A stretch of DNA of 63,006 bases, counting the filler, from Choristocarpus tenellus KU-1152 (Eukaryota > Protista > Phaeophyceae): NCBI GenBank assembly GCA_964200185.2. It is 15 parts of 15 records of this genome, joined end to end, with 100 filler letters (N's around TTAATTAATTAA, not from the genome) between each part and the next. Parts side by side here need not be neighbours in the genome. Positions count along the whole stretch, not along the records: positions 26,501 to 29,738 come from CAXNAD020021335.1; positions 29,839 to 33,151 come from CAXNAD020020878.1; positions 33,252 to 38,498 come from CAXNAD020011361.1; positions 38,599 to 42,928 come from CAXNAD020015087.1; 11 more parts are not named here. One strand, 5' to 3'. How positions within the stretch are numbered: position 1 is the first letter of the stretch; each line of letters begins with the position of its first letter. The position numbers and the translations under genes are program-made. The notes under the pieces were generated by a model. It worked only from the letters and a program-made list of their open reading frames with translations, did not search any database and was not told the DNA's origin. Positions 26,712-40,795 of the stretch are shown one piece after another.

Positions 26712-29700
26712 TTTCTCTGCTCTATGTGTCGACCATTTTGGGGTGGGATGGAGAGTTGTTCTTGTTCTTCACGCACGTGCTAGAAGAGGTGCGATTTTGT
26801 GAGGATATCAAAAACTCCAATTGAAGGTGAGGTAATACTCCGGAGTCAATGAAAACAAAATCTACTCCATACTAACTACGTATTACCACTGTATGTACTA
26901 GAGATGGGTCGCCCATACAACTTAGAAGTTAGAATACAGAATAAGTGGGTGCTTCATCTCGCCAAGGGTCACAAAACCACAAACTGCACAATGCACATCA
27001 CCACCACACTACTACTATACTACTACTGCAACTATGAACAACAAAAATCCACAGATGTAGTATGTGGAGATATGATGTGTGGGTTGATGGAATGAGGAGG
27101 TGAAGATTGACTTTTTGTTCAAGGTGAATAATATTCTGTGTTATTTTGCCCTACCTCTGACATTTTGCAGATAGTGTTTGAGGGGGGGGGGGAACCGAGA
27201 CCAAAACTACGACAAAGAAAGGTTAACCGCTTCTAGTTTTATTATTCGATTTGAGGACCTCTTCATCCAACCAATTAATATATTTTCTATATGTTCAACT
27301 CTTTGTTTGAAGTAGTGTCCGTCATTGTACAACAAGTGGTTCTCTCAAGATGCGTCATGGGTTTCAAGGTAGCTGGAGACAACAGGTACGAGGGCAAGAA
27401 GGACCTAACATATCAATTCTTGGGATGCTTATCTCCTAAGATCTCGCCAACCTTGTACAGCTTGGTTATTACAATCATAACAAATAGCAGTATGCACATT
27501 CCTTTGTAGAGAACAATATCTTAGGGGGCGTTATTGTATCTTTAGTTTGAAATATGAAATAATTTAGGGAGGCATCTTCGCATTAACAACTTTAATGTGT
27601 TCATCCACAACAACAAGCATTGGTAGTCCTTTCTGGAAGAGTTGTGTGTTGACGTTTGATGTAGTATGACGACATTATGTTTTGACCTATGCACGGAAGG
27701 AACAGCCGATTTCAAAAATTGAGGATGGAGCAACACTACAAAAAAAAAATATATCGACACTTTATCCCAGTCAATTTTGGGTCAAGCCCATCCTCAATCA
27801 AAAGCTCCATCCTCAATTTTTGACTTACCATCAATTGGATCAAGTCCATGGTTCACTTCCAAAGTTCTTTGTTTTTTGGGTGATGGTGGTGATTTTTTTG
27901 TGGAGGTTCTGTTCTTTTTCAGTTATTTCCTCTTTTTCTTTTTCTTCCTCGGATTTTTTTTGAGGTCCCTCTTAACTTTTTCTTTTCCCAACCAGTACGA
28001 ATTTAGATAGTTTATTTACAGTGCTTTTTTGACGATATGTCTTTGATATTGCAAAGTAAAGGGCTTTGAATGATCAGCGGTTGTTAGTCCACACCTTGTC
28101 AACGGTGTAGCCAGGTTCGAACCCTCGTTGCCGAGACCAGATTTTCTTCCCGTAAATTGAACTTTGATGGAACAAATGGCAGGTGGATTGGTAGGTACGA
28201 CTGACCAGAGAAGAACTGGTGGATTTGCCCCCAACACACGACCACGACCTTGACAAGTTTGGAATTGGAGTTGAGTTTTGGAGGTTGGGGGTCAAATTTT
28301 CATTTTTTTTATGGTGCCCTCTGACCTTTTTGGATATGTATGTGTCCATAGAGCAAACAGGAGGAGTGGTGTGACGAGTGTGTGACAAACGGCATGATGA
28401 GGTTCATCGCCAAATGAAATTCCAAGGAAGCTGTGATACCAAATGTAGTCACGGGAGAGATGGCCAAGGAGGGATCTGTCAGATTCTTGGGATGCGTACC
28501 TACCTAGCTCCTCGCCCTGTGGTGGAGGACTATGCTAGGTTGGAGACAGGAGGGAGTGGTGTAGCATATCTGGTAGTAAAATAGTAAGTGGGTGATAGAA
28601 ACATGTATTTTTTTTCATATATATGCCAACTTTGATGTTTTAAGGTTTTTTTCTGACATGTGAATAGTTTTCATGTGACACGTCTACAAAAATATACACA
28701 CCAGATTCGATAGAGGAAGAATGGATAGAGGCGGGGCGACAAAATTAAAACATATAGAGAGTTGAAATTTTTATAGGTTGGTAGATATACTTCAGAAATG
28801 TCCATTCCCATCAAATGCTTTACTAAGATTATAGAAAGATAATGAAGCGATAATGTACTAAGAGAAATTGTAACATACTTGTTGGTAATGTTCTTGTTCC
28901 ACCTTACATCGCGACGGCGAGACTCGCGAACTCTCTGCTTTCTTACACCTTGTGTTGTGGAACAAACTGGGCAGGCGAGTATCCCTCAAGGATGTCTGAT
29001 CTGGTTTGCGCTCAGTATCCTTGGCGACCAATATTCCTTGGCAGTCTGATACTATTTGCCCTTCTGTTTGCACTCGTTGTTCTCAATGCGTTGATACACC
29101 TGAGGACGTGCCAAAAAGAGGGTTTCGTAGGGTATCGTCTTGACGAAAACTACTTAAGCAACCTGTTTCCTTCCACTCGAGATCGGTAATGCGAGGGCGT
29201 CAGTTAAGGTTCACATGGGAGCATGGCCATGAGGGCGTTCCTTCTACGGCCCTTCTCTCTTGTGGAAGACTGTGGTGGGAGTTGAGGGATCCGCACTCTA
29301 ATCAACGCAACCACCAGATTGATCGAAGTGGGAGTCTGTTCTGCTCTCCGTTTGTTTTGCTGTATTCGTGTCTGTGCCTCAGGTGAGTATGTAGCGAAGA
29401 TAATCGTTCTTTCTCTCCTGTGTGTCCCTTGCAACAAACTCTTGTTGGTTAATCACTACACCCCATCTCCATCTGGCAGGCACTTTACGCGTTGTCAACG
29501 AGAAAATGATCCATGTCTACACAATCACACGCCCTCAGATAAACTTGTTGCGACAATGCTGTTGCGTGATATTAGTGTTAGGCGCTCCTGAATCTCACTT
29601 GCAACAACCATTATGGGTTACTGCCGACTTTTTATGCCTGGACAGGGTACTGTCGGGTCCAGTGCTGTGCATGGGTAACAGGGGGGGGCTGCGCCTGGGG

Positions 29701-29838
29701 GAAAAGAGAGGAGGAAGCTCTGCAAGGTTGTAACCACTNNNNNNNNNNNNNNNNNNNNNNNNNNNNNNNNNNNNNNNNNNNNTTAATTAATTAANNNNNN
29801 NNNNNNNNNNNNNNNNNNNNNNNNNNNNNNNNNNNNNN

Positions 29839-29890
<52 letters not shown>
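29839..29890. repeat. (CA)n microsatellite
   Basis: About 26 CA units at the contig edge. Confidence 0.95.
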
Positions 29891-29894
<4 letters not shown>

Positions 29895-32412
29895 GCATTT
29901 CCCTAAAATGAATAGGAAGTACGCACATCAACCTCAGCAGCAGCGTACGCATCGACTCTGATCTTGATATCCTCCTGCAGTTTGTCCACAAAGTCCATGC
30001 AATCCTTCACAACGAATGATGCATGACAAAACAGATGATTAATATGAAGAATATATAAGTTGCATAGGTACAAATCACTCTTTGTGTGTGCTATGCACTA
30101 AACATTATGAGATGATTATGTAATATGAGACGCAACCAGTGTGCTAGATTAAGTGGGAACTTCCTGACTGTTCCGACCTGTCGCCTTCGTCACTGTTATA
30201 ATCTCTCCTAAGGAAATATGGAAATGAGAAGGGACTAGGTAGGTGCAGAGAGGGAGACAGGTTCCAAAAGAGGAATTTATAGCGATGTATTTTTGTTGCA
30301 TCAGTCGCTTTGTGGTTCAGCCTCCATTAAAATTAGAAACGAGGGACTGGTGTCCCCACAAGTATTGTGTGTTGTCCCTTTTGCAACAGTTACATGTGAT
30401 TCAATCTCCATTCTTTTCCTCAGCCTATACAACTGCCACGACAAGCAAATATCCAAAATGTTATAGCCACTTCTCCTTTTCGCTTCTACGACTACAATGG
30501 TCTGAGCGCATGTCCACTCATGCCATTGGTCCTTCTTTGGCTAGTGTTTCCTCAGTTATGTGCGTTTGCCTAAACCTCATGTTCGTGACTGAAAGGAGGA
30601 TAGAGGGAAATATTTTTTGGAATTGTCGGAACAACAACGTTCTACCTTCCCAAATTCTTGTCAACCACTCAGCTCCTCCTTGGCACGATCCCGCTCTTTT
30701 GTCAACATTATGACCTAGCGTTCCACAGTGGCATGCAGAGATGGCGAAAACGCAAGGGAAAAGCCAATGCGTTCTAGTTGAAGAAGGAGAGAGAATGTGG
30801 GGGGTGGTAGGATAGGGTGTGATCCTTTGTCTCTTCACCATTTAAATGCTACGCATGGGGTTGAGGTAGAAGAAAAGAATCAGAATCGAGTTGATAGTAT
30901 TGGTACGGAATTCAGGATTGGGGCAGAGCAAAGAAACAGCAGCACATTTTTGTAGGGGGAGGGGCGTAGGAATCTTTGTGAATAATTGGGGATGTGCCAG
31001 AATTCGAGGGCATGGGGTCCTAGGTTCTACCTTGACATATTTCGGAGGTTGCACCTTAGGTTCTACAGGACAACGATATTTTTTTCAATCAACGTCTCCT
31101 CGAATCTAGAGAGATCATACTTCAAAATCCCACCTGGTCTTCCAGTGACGCAGTTGTGTCAACTGCCTCCCTCAGCATGTCCACTCTTTCCACACATTCC
31201 TGTATTATTACACAAGGCATGGGATACATCAGGTGAGGCAAACACACTCTGTGCGTGTTGAGGAAGTACACATCCAACACCTATGTCATAGCGTACGTAG
31301 TATATATATTTTTATCATTTGAAGGACTATTCCTGGGAATTGGAAGGAATGACTGGTATTTCCACGGTGACCTGTAACTTGCACCAGGAAGAGGTAGAAG
31401 CAAGAGGGTAGATGTGTATATGTTTTGTTTCGTATATTGTTGGGCTATTTATCCAGAACACCTGTATGACATAAACTTTCTACCCTAGCGCTATAAAGGA
31501 CAGGACACTACAGAGCACTGTCCAGACAACAGATGTTGTGAAGCAAGTGGTATTCCGACAACAAACGTTACAGAACAATGCGGCCAAGCATTGTTCTGGG
31601 CAACAGATATTATAGATAATGAGCTCCTAGTGTTGCACTGTACAACAGACACGCAATGGAGAAATGGGAGTTGAGAGTTGTCCTGAAGTCAGACATTGCA
31701 AAGCAAATTTCGCGAGTGCTGTTTTGACAACAGAAGCTGTAGGCCAAATCTGATCAACTGCCCTGGGGTAAGGAAGGTGTTGACCGCTAGAAATCCGAGG
31801 TGAGTACAATTTGAGGTAGAATAAGTAACAAAAACAAGGGTATTACACACATACCGTACTCCTCAGATACGGGTGTGTGGCATATGAGTAATGAAGGCCA
31901 CTGAGAATATGCCTCTTTGCAACCCATACACCGCCTCTAGTGCTGTACCACCTGCTGCGTCCTTCCAGTATAATCCCTTCAAACACAACTGGAGCAAGCT
32001 CCAGTAGAGGGTAGTAGTCATGGTTGTGATTGATAGGGCAATTCAATCTCCTGATGATGGTAGCAGTACCAGTGGCACCAGTAGTCTCATTGAAACCAGC
32101 ACATCCGGCACACATATATTGAGGAGTTACTACATAGTACATGTTCAAAACACTTACCATAGTGGAGGGATGGATACTGATGATGTAACATTACCTTGGA
32201 TATCTCAGTCATTCTTAGTCAAAATAACTACAGAGTATACTGTAGTAGTACCTAAAGTGACGGTTTCTCATTATTTCACACAACACGTTCGAGAACAAAC
32301 AAATAAGCATTCATTGAAGTAAACGAGATACGAGAAAATCCTCAACATAATCAATAGCCATACAAAACTGGATGTTACTCTTAGTTGAAGTGTGGACGCA
32401 TAATTTCTTACC

Positions 32413-32637
32413 ATTTACCCACTAACAATCTCCCGTCAGGAGGATAACGTTGCAATACACCTTTGATACTATATGCATCAAGTTTTGACCCAAATATAGA
32501 CAACCTCAAATACAAAATAGATTAGAATTATCATGTAGTGGTCGGAGGGAAATGATGATGTTCACGTACCTCGGCAAAGTCAAGTACTTCTGCAATTTCC
32601 ACGCGAAATTCTTCCCGTTCTCCCATCAGGTCAATCA
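32413..32637 (-). CDS. Candidate small exons of an unidentified gene
   Basis: ttag|MIDLMGEREEFRVEIAEVLDFAE|gtacgt and aag|VLQRYPPDGRLLVGK|gtaag. No homology recognised. Confidence 0.3.
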
Positions 32638-33899
32638 TCTAACAGTTGGAAGGTCAGTTGGTCAGACGACAAACTGAACATTTGCAATTGTTTGATTACT
32701 TGCTGAGGTTAAAATAGAAAAGAGACGCATTGATACCCATCACTGTATTAGAGGGTCATGGACCAATTGTTTTGCAGAGAGGGAGGACTTTGCTACACTC
32801 CAGCAATTGTTTAAGATGACTCCTTTTCAGGATCAACAGTGCAAAGATCTCACACAACAAGTCTAAGAGCATTTTACTGGCCTTATTCTACCTCTACTTT
32901 ATAGTAGTCTAGAGTCGGAGTTAAGCAAGTGCAAAATGATGCATTCATCGTGCTAGCAACGTTAATATCCATCAAAGCGATCACCCCACTTCTGAGCAGT
33001 TGGTTAGGTCTATATTTTCTATGGAACGGCTATGTACGATGAGCCACCGATTCAAACAAAGCATCACAATTATGCTGCATACGTCGGATGGATGCTGAAA
33101 TAATGCACTTTTCCTGATTTTGGTCCAAATGGACACCCAAGTGTAGACCCCNNNNNNNNNNNNNNNNNNNNNNNNNNNNNNNNNNNNNNNNNNNNTTAAT
33201 TAATTAANNNNNNNNNNNNNNNNNNNNNNNNNNNNNNNNNNNNNNNNNNNNGGGGGGGAGAGGATAACAGGAAGGAGTAGTCAAGGCAATGCACTATTCT
33301 TGAGGGGTGCGTCTCAACACACGTCAAACTGCAGCGAAGTGCCTTGTGTGAAACAAACAGCGGAATGCCGACATCTTGACAGAATTGGACACCGCTACGC
33401 TTTTCGGGTATTCAACCCACGGGACTTTGTACTGTTGGTATCCTGCCAGTCCCCGGGTGTTCATCTCAATATTCACTTCACTCCTTGAGCCCCAGAGGAG
33501 CCATTGTGGCACTAAAGTATTTTCATCCTGCTTCTCAAGAGTCGAGAACGCAAGCTGCTGCTTGAGGTGTGGTTCAAACTAGTAAATTTGGATTCTTGTG
33601 GAGATATCAAGACACATCCCAATGCTGCTCCACTGAAGTGCTAACATAAAAAAAAATTCTTGACAGTGTGAGCAAAAAGATGGCGGCGCGGTAATCATTT
33701 CACAGCATGACAACCTTTCTTTTATTGGAAAGGTTGTTGCCAGGCAATCACTGGTGTAACTCTAACCCTGACTTTGGGTGGCTACTGCAAACAAATGGAC
33801 ATTAGAACTGGAAATGTGAAGAGTGTGACTGGTTACTAGGACAATCTGTGCATTTAGTACTGGCTGGAAAAGAGGACATGGAAATGTTGGGGCTGGACA

Positions 33900-35500
33900 C
33901 GGGGAGATTGGCAATACATTCAGATTATGAAGGTTTGATAGACAATAGATAAGACAAACCACATTGAGGGGACGTGTGGGAATTATCTGTACATACACAC
34001 ACAAGGTGTAACAATGTAGAGGTTAGCTTCTGTGCAATGCTATGGGGCAATTCTCCGAGTGTAGGTTGAGCAGAGGTGTTGAAGACAAGTTTTAATGTCT
34101 TGGGGGGCGGATGGCAGTGGATCAGGTGAGTGAAACGGAATAGAACAGATGCCTGTAGACTGGTTCCCATTTCACCCTTGGCACTCTCTGTGAAGAATGA
34201 ATCCCACATTTCATGCTTCAAAAATTCCTCAGTCTCAAGTAACCTGTGGCACATAGGGCAAGGAACATTCACTCTTCGCATAGGGCAAGGGCAAGCAGTG
34301 CTGCATTACCAAAACAATTCCTAACATAATGGATGCTCTACTCCCCCTATCTAATCCATACCGAGATTACAAATTTCAGGACCCTTTCATCCCTGCATCC
34401 CAACTAATGTGCCAGACGTATCGGGAGGTAGCTAGAAATAATCCCCACCTTATGGCGGTCTCTTGCGGGTGTGTGCTCCAGCAGAGGTCGAAGGTGGAAA
34501 ACAAAGTCATGGTATATTTCCTCAGGGGCAGAGGCCTCAAGCAGCCTTGCTGTGGCCCACACAATGCAGAACTCACTAAAGCAGCGTTCCACACCACGTC
34601 TCACCTGGGTCATTTCTTTGGCAGAGCCAAAGCTTGGCCAGCCCCCCTTTGCTACCTGTCATGAAAAATATACCAGTGTGTTTTAGAAATATCGCAACAG
34701 GAAAACAACATGGGCGGCAAAACATCTCGCAAGGGGTGGCATGATTCCAAGGAAAAGAACCTGTGGAGTATTGGTGGTCTAAACACAGCTGTAATCTAAC
34801 CAGGAGTAACTATGGTGTATTGGTCGTTGCCAGGGACAGGCTTCAGATACAAGAACAAGAGAACAAGGGAGTCCATACCTCAGCTGCCACTCGTCCCAAT
34901 CCATTCTTCTTAATGGAGTGTTTTAGAGCAGAGTACAGTCCAGAAGGGCTCCCATCATCTTCATAGACCTCATTTTGAGGGTTGGAGATGCCGCTACTAA
35001 CTTGCTTAGCCCTTTCCCCCTTAACTGATGGCAGCTTCTTGGATAACTCCGCAAGGCGTGTTACGACGCCAAGCACCATGAAGTGGTCATGCGGTAGCTG
35101 AGGACACTCTTGAAAGGACACTGGTGGTTTTTCTGCAAGCGAGACACATATGCACTTGAGGTACTCCGCAGACTGCTGCCAAGCATGATCGGTGAATGGG
35201 GTCCTATCGAAGCGACAAGAATTCAACAAGAGGATGATCCATCAGCAAAAAGGGCAAAATTCTGACAGAAAAAGTTTCCAAAACAACCAACTTAGCATGA
35301 ATGCCCACAGGAGAAGGAAGGATGAACACAGTATCGTGCCAAGAGAACAGATTTTCGACATGATATTTTGCAACAATACCTGGTGGTCGAAGGGACACGT
35401 GAATAAAATCCAAAACGTAAACCACAAATATCGATACAAAGTACAGCAATCAATTCTGGAGAATGCTTTGCGAGGTGAACCTCCTAGGACGAGAAGTGCA
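33900..35500 (-). mobile_element. Highly decayed non-LTR (LINE-like) ORF2 remnant
   Basis: RFDR...HDHFMV (APE-like RxD/SDH), GPQQGC (RT QG-like) and CPMC...ET (C-terminal zinc knuckle) occur in the expected order. Confidence 0.45.
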
Positions 35501-35794
35501 TTATCCTCAGCAAAGGGAACACAATTTTAACAGAGTAGAAGGATACAACAATGGACCTTCGCAGGGTACGATGTGTTCAGAAGTTCATACTAAAGGGGAT
35601 CGTAAATTTATTAGAGAGTTCTAATTGTAGGAATTAAGGTAGGTGAGCTGATTTATCTACCTATCATTCCAGCTCATAATCATGACGTCCATGCCTTCAC
35701 TAGCAACCTTTCCAATTGGGTCTCATCAATAAAAACATGATCCTGAGCGATTACTACCACAATGCTGCTCAGAACGACTGAAATATCCTAGGTA

Positions 35795-36037
35795 CCTTGT
35801 GAGATCCTTCTCCAGCTGCTTCAATGACTGTGAGATACGACTTTGGGGTGGTAGTGCCAGGACCACTGGAATGCATTCTGCATCACTTGTGGCAGCAGAT
35901 CTCACAGCCACAATAGCAACATCACGAACATGACTACCAACAAGGGGAACCGCAAGGAAACTTGACGATCGGGGTAGCAGGGACGCCCAGAAGACGTAGC
36001 TGAGGGTCACTAGATATGAAATCACTATAGAGCGCAT
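35795..36037 (-). CDS. Probable first exon of a secreted or plastid-targeted protein, divergent from the TBL1-like gene
   Basis: Hydrophobic signal peptide followed by SSS-F (ASAFAP-like), and a GT donor near 35794. Confidence 0.4.
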
Positions 36038-36393
36038 TGGAAGAGATTCGGTTCTCCTCTCACGCTACATAAGTTGACCTGCTTCTTACTGTCTCCATGC
36101 CATTATTATTTGTAGTGAGAAGTGATAAAATAGATATTACCTATCACATCTACACATCTCAACACTAGAAGAGTATCGATTGAATTTGTAAATAATTTTC
36201 TATCCTTTTTTTTGTAGGGTATATCCAAAACTTGCACCTCCGGGGGAGTTGTGCTCCGATGTACCACCATAATCCACTCTTTCTCTGTCCTTGACCCTTG
36301 CCTCCTCGGTCTAACACCTCACTATCTGGGTAGGCAGGTTATTGACTATTGCTCTAATCTTGAAAGGGAATAAAAAGTTTTGGATCAGTTGAA

Positions 36394-38498
36394 ATGGCGA
36401 AGACTAAGGAAAAGGAAAAGGAACGCTCTGCCATGTCTATATCTTCAGAAGAAGTGAACTTCTTAGTTTTGCGCTACCTTCAGGAGTCAGGTAAGGTGGT
36501 TGTATCTGCTTATTCGTGTTCTTGATTGTGTAGGGTGGTCTATACAGCCGGGCTGACTCTACATCCTCTGTCATGGGCGCTCTCCAATCATTTACCCTCG
36601 GTTGCCAAAAATGCAGGCTTTTCGCATTCCGCCTTCACTTTCGCCTATGAGAGTCAAATCACCAAGTCTACTGTGGCAGATGCACAGGTAAGACTCTTAA
36701 AATTTCAAGTATGACCAGTTTTCCAATTCTCATCCTGGGGACATTGGTGCAACCTATCTCCTTGTTTTTTGGTGGAATAGGTTTCATGAACTCGCCAGGG
36801 TATCATTCAGGGAAGGACCGTTGATGGTATATTGAGATTCCAGTCCCTTCATGAACGTACTGTATATGCCAATTGCTTCTTTCAGTTGACGGAACCGCAT
36901 GGTGCTCGCGATTTCACATAGGTTGCGCCAGGAATGCTGATCACATTCCTCCAGAAGGGTCTTGCTTACGTGGGCATCGAGGAGCATTTGAATGAGGTGA
37001 GAGGGTGCAACGACAATGTCTAGTTCAAATGGCAATACTTGTCCACCTTCATGCTCTATTGAGTTAGCCTTTCCATGTCCAAATATTGTTGTCGGTGTTG
37101 TTGGATTTCTAAATTCAGTATATCCATGCCACTGAAGAGAGTTAAGGTCAACCACATTAAGTTGTTGGATGGTGTATGACACTGAAGAGAGAGCAAGCGT
37201 ATTTTTTTGTTTTTGTGAGCTTCTATCTCTTTTAGCGACAGCGTTGCAATTTGGACAGTTTTTTCCTCAGGATGAGTAAACTCCAGTTTGGTTACTTCGT
37301 TGTCTTGTAAAGAGGTAGAGGAGTCCATGTTTCCCTATGTGCAATCGGAGCATTGCCACCAATATAAATTCCCCCTTGACTATACTTGGAGTTGGCACTG
37401 ACTTTCCCTTGCCTTAACTGCACCCTTGTTCACCTGTGAGTGGTAGGATGGGTCGGAGAGGGAATGTGATGCAGATTTTTCCCTTGTGAAGGCACATGTC
37501 TGTGGTGTTAACACAAATGGATCCCAAGCACGGGCACCAAGGGGTATGGAAAGGGATCACAGGGGCCACAGGGATGGTATGTATATGTTGTGTCTTGGCA
37601 CTGTTATGTTACCTCCGCCTTTTTCATCTTTGTTTGGTCTTGTTCATGCTATGCCGTTGCAAGAAGTGTAGAACAAGGTGAGCCTCCACTAGGTCTCATC
37701 CTCTTCACCTTTGGCCATTGATAGCATCATGTGCCCAGTTTTTCTCTTGTCGCTGGAATTTGGTGCAATAAATTGATCTGGCTCGTTGCACCGCTGTACT
37801 GCATTGATTTTAATTTTCTCTAAAACTCTCAAGGGCCCACAGGTTCCTGTTCTTCAGTATCTGCAGAAAGGGAAAGACTGACAGTAGTGTTGTGTGTTTA
37901 AAGGTTTGTTGAGTACAAATAAGATGGGTTCAAAACTATACAACCACCAAATAGAATGCATTTGTCCAGAGTGCCATGGGGCACCGTGAGGAAATTCCAG
38001 TAGAATATGCCGTGTGCATATGTGCGAGATAATGTATAAATCACACCTAACTCCACGATTTTTTAGGTCAATTGTCTTTGGTTTCATTGATTCCCATTCT
38101 AGTGATACAATCTCTATGATCACCACACTATCCAACGCAGTAGGTGGCAGTCAACAGAAACACCTCACGTTGGAATCTAGCACGAGGACAATGGAAATGG
38201 AAAAGGAATGGTCAAACAGGCAACAAAAAAGCTTATCCTTGCTCAGTCAGCAATGTTTCCTACATTCCCCTCCCTGTGATGGCATAGGTAAGGGCGATCC
38301 AGGAGTGGGTGGAGCTGGGGGTGGAAGGTCTGTAGGGGTATCATCAGGTCCGAAAGATGGGAGCAATGGATCTGGAGCTGGCTCTGGATCTAACTCAGGA
38401 GGTGGGGCAGGGGGGGGAGCAGGCTCAGGTGCAGGAGCTGCAGCTGCTGGAGGGGCTGCAGCAGATAGTATGGAGGTGGACACAGGGGAGGAAGGAGG
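36394..38498 (+). CDS. TBL1: TBL1/TBL1XR1 (Ebi/HOS15)-like LisH-WD40 corepressor, 5' part; exons 36394-36490, 36617-36687, 36922-36996, 37447-37576, 38288->38498
   Basis: Spliced product MSISSEEVNFLVLRYLQESG|FSHSAFTFAYES...|VAPGMLITFLQKGLAYVGIEEHLNE|DGSE... is the canonical TBL1 N-terminus. All splice phases are compatible. The contig ends before the WD40 repeats. Confidence 0.93.
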
Positions 38499-38793
38499 NN
38501 NNNNNNNNNNNNNNNNNNNNNNNNNNNNNNNNNNNNNNNNNNTTAATTAATTAANNNNNNNNNNNNNNNNNNNNNNNNNNNNNNNNNNNNNNNNNNNNCC
38601 CCACCCCGCCCCCCCCCCCCCCCAACCCCCCACTCCCACTCCCACTCCCACAAGTACCTTTTCATATGCTATTGGACGTCCACAGTACACTTTCAGTTGT
38701 TGATTCGGGCAGATCTGTACTCCAATGCTGTACTGCACTAGTTCATATTAATACTGTGATTTCATAGACTGCATCTTGTTCCACCTGCCCAAG

Positions 38794-39036
38794 GTACGGT
38801 CAGCTGAAGTGCCCTTGAGAACGGGCCGAAGGCGATCGCCGGTCATGGATAGTGGTGACAAAGAAAAAAGCGATGGGGGCGAGGTCGTTGGAGGCGTTGA
38901 TGGAGAGCAAGATGGGGAGGTTGAGGGGATGGGAATGGTGCTCTGGGCAGGCGACCTTGCTCTGGCGCTGCCAAGAATGATAAGGCGGCACTTTAGACGC
39001 CAACTTTCCAAGGCTGGAGAGCTGAGGATGTACCAG
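38794..39036 (+). CDS. Candidate isolated internal exon, unknown protein
   Basis: Open frame between ccaag| and |gtgaac; acidic/Gly-rich, then VLWAGDLALALPRMIRRHFRRQL. Confidence 0.35.
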
Positions 39037-40795
39037 GTGAACATTGTGTATTCTTTGTCCATAGGTGATGTAGGTGTGCGCGTGCGCCCAAAGCCAGATA
39101 GGCGTTTATTATCTTTTGGTTTGTGATTTTGGTTTGTATATTCTGTACTCTAATCTAAGGCAGTGCCTAGACCGTGGTTATACTGGTGTGTGTGTGTGTT
39201 AGGGTTAGGGTTAGAAATTTCTTGGTCTATTTTTTGTGCAATAGCGTTCGTTGCCCGCAATGACGAGGTGTGCAAGCGGCAGGACTACCTCCGAACATTT
39301 AGTTAAGGACTCTTACAACAAAATTTGGCAAAGGAAAAAAGAGTACCTACCCGGTTAAGATTATAGAACGTTGTTTTTTTTTTTTTAATCAAAATCGTTT
39401 TTCGTGTTACCGTTTGGTTTCAGTTGTTCTTCGTTAGAAACAATATCATTGTCCGCATGGCCTGAGGGGCGCGTCGTCATCTAGTGGGTAGCATTCCAAC
39501 GGGCTTTGCACACCTCTGCATCACTACCCTTGCCTCCGTGCTTACCCTACCTCCATCGAGTCAAAGCACTGTTCATTCCAATAAATAACAGAGGTTGTTC
39601 CGCGAATTGGTGCCCGTGACGGACTCCAGTTTCCTTTTTGATGTGTACTAGTAGTTACACTACCTAGCCAGTTTTTTTTTTTTTCAGTAAGCGAGCAGGT
39701 TGCCCCGCTTTCATCCTATGCCATGATTGCGCCACAAGCACACAAATCCCAGAGAGTTCATTCTGTTCTAACTCGTTCGTCGACTGTTCTGTTCCGATAT
39801 CCCTAGAATGATCGCACCGGAATTACTTGCTCGGCTCCGCCGTTGCAGTTACTCTTCGTTGTATTGTAACCGTCTCGATTGAGTCCCGTTTAATGAAAAC
39901 CGTTACATCCCGTAAGTAGTAGAGTATTCAAACAGAAATCTTTTACGACAATAGGATTACAAAATGTACTTGTGTACGTACATAGTATCGATTTCCACAG
40001 TACAATTACATTACACAGCTTTTGATACAGCTTCACGCGCACGTGCACGCCGTACTGAGAGAGACACCGACACGCAGACATACGTGCGTGCAGGAACATG
40101 CACCCACACAAGAGTATCAAACGGTGACACTTATCCGCGCGTGTGTAACGCTCACAACTCCAATCCCTATTTCCCTTTCACAGTTGCGAACAAGTCTGCT
40201 TGAGCTCGATGGCGGTTCTGGGAGGACAGCCACTGTTCCCGAGGGAGATGCACGTGGTAGGTGTTTTGCATGTCTCCTTCTGACTTTTAACAAAAAAAAG
40301 GTCTAGGAAAGTAAGCACTGTTCAGTGTGTATGCATGGAGTAGTAGCCTATTTTTTTTGACCTGGCTCTTTTTCTTTTTCTTTTTTTAGCGGTAGCACTT
40401 TTTTTCATGTTTTGCTTGATGTGGTAGTTTGGATTTTTAATATCGATCTGGTTGTCTCTTTTTGAATACCTATGCTCTCCTTTGTGGTGATGGTGTGCTG
40501 CAGAGTGCGTCCACACGCGTCTATGCTCTCGCGAAGTGTTGACTCTCAAGATGTCAGGGTTAGGGTTAGGGTTAGGGTTAAAGGCTGGGGTTGCAAAAAG
40601 GAGATACGGTCACGAAAAAAAAAGTAAAGGCAATGAATTGCAACGTGATGGTGCCTTCCTAGTATTAACTCTCCAGCTCCACGACCCTGGTATGCCTATG
40701 AGGCGATGCCATGTGTGTGCCCTATAGAGTGATGCAAAGGAACCTCAGAAGTACGTATAGATGCCTTCTCCTCCTCTACGGGGTCGATGATGCAG

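Noticed and set aside
39466-39540. tRNA-like start (GCGTCGTCATCTAGTGGGTAGCATTCC)
   Set aside because: A-box-like only. There is no GTTCRA T-loop or closing acceptor stem.
40555-40580. True telomere
   Set aside because: Only about four units, internal to a contig.
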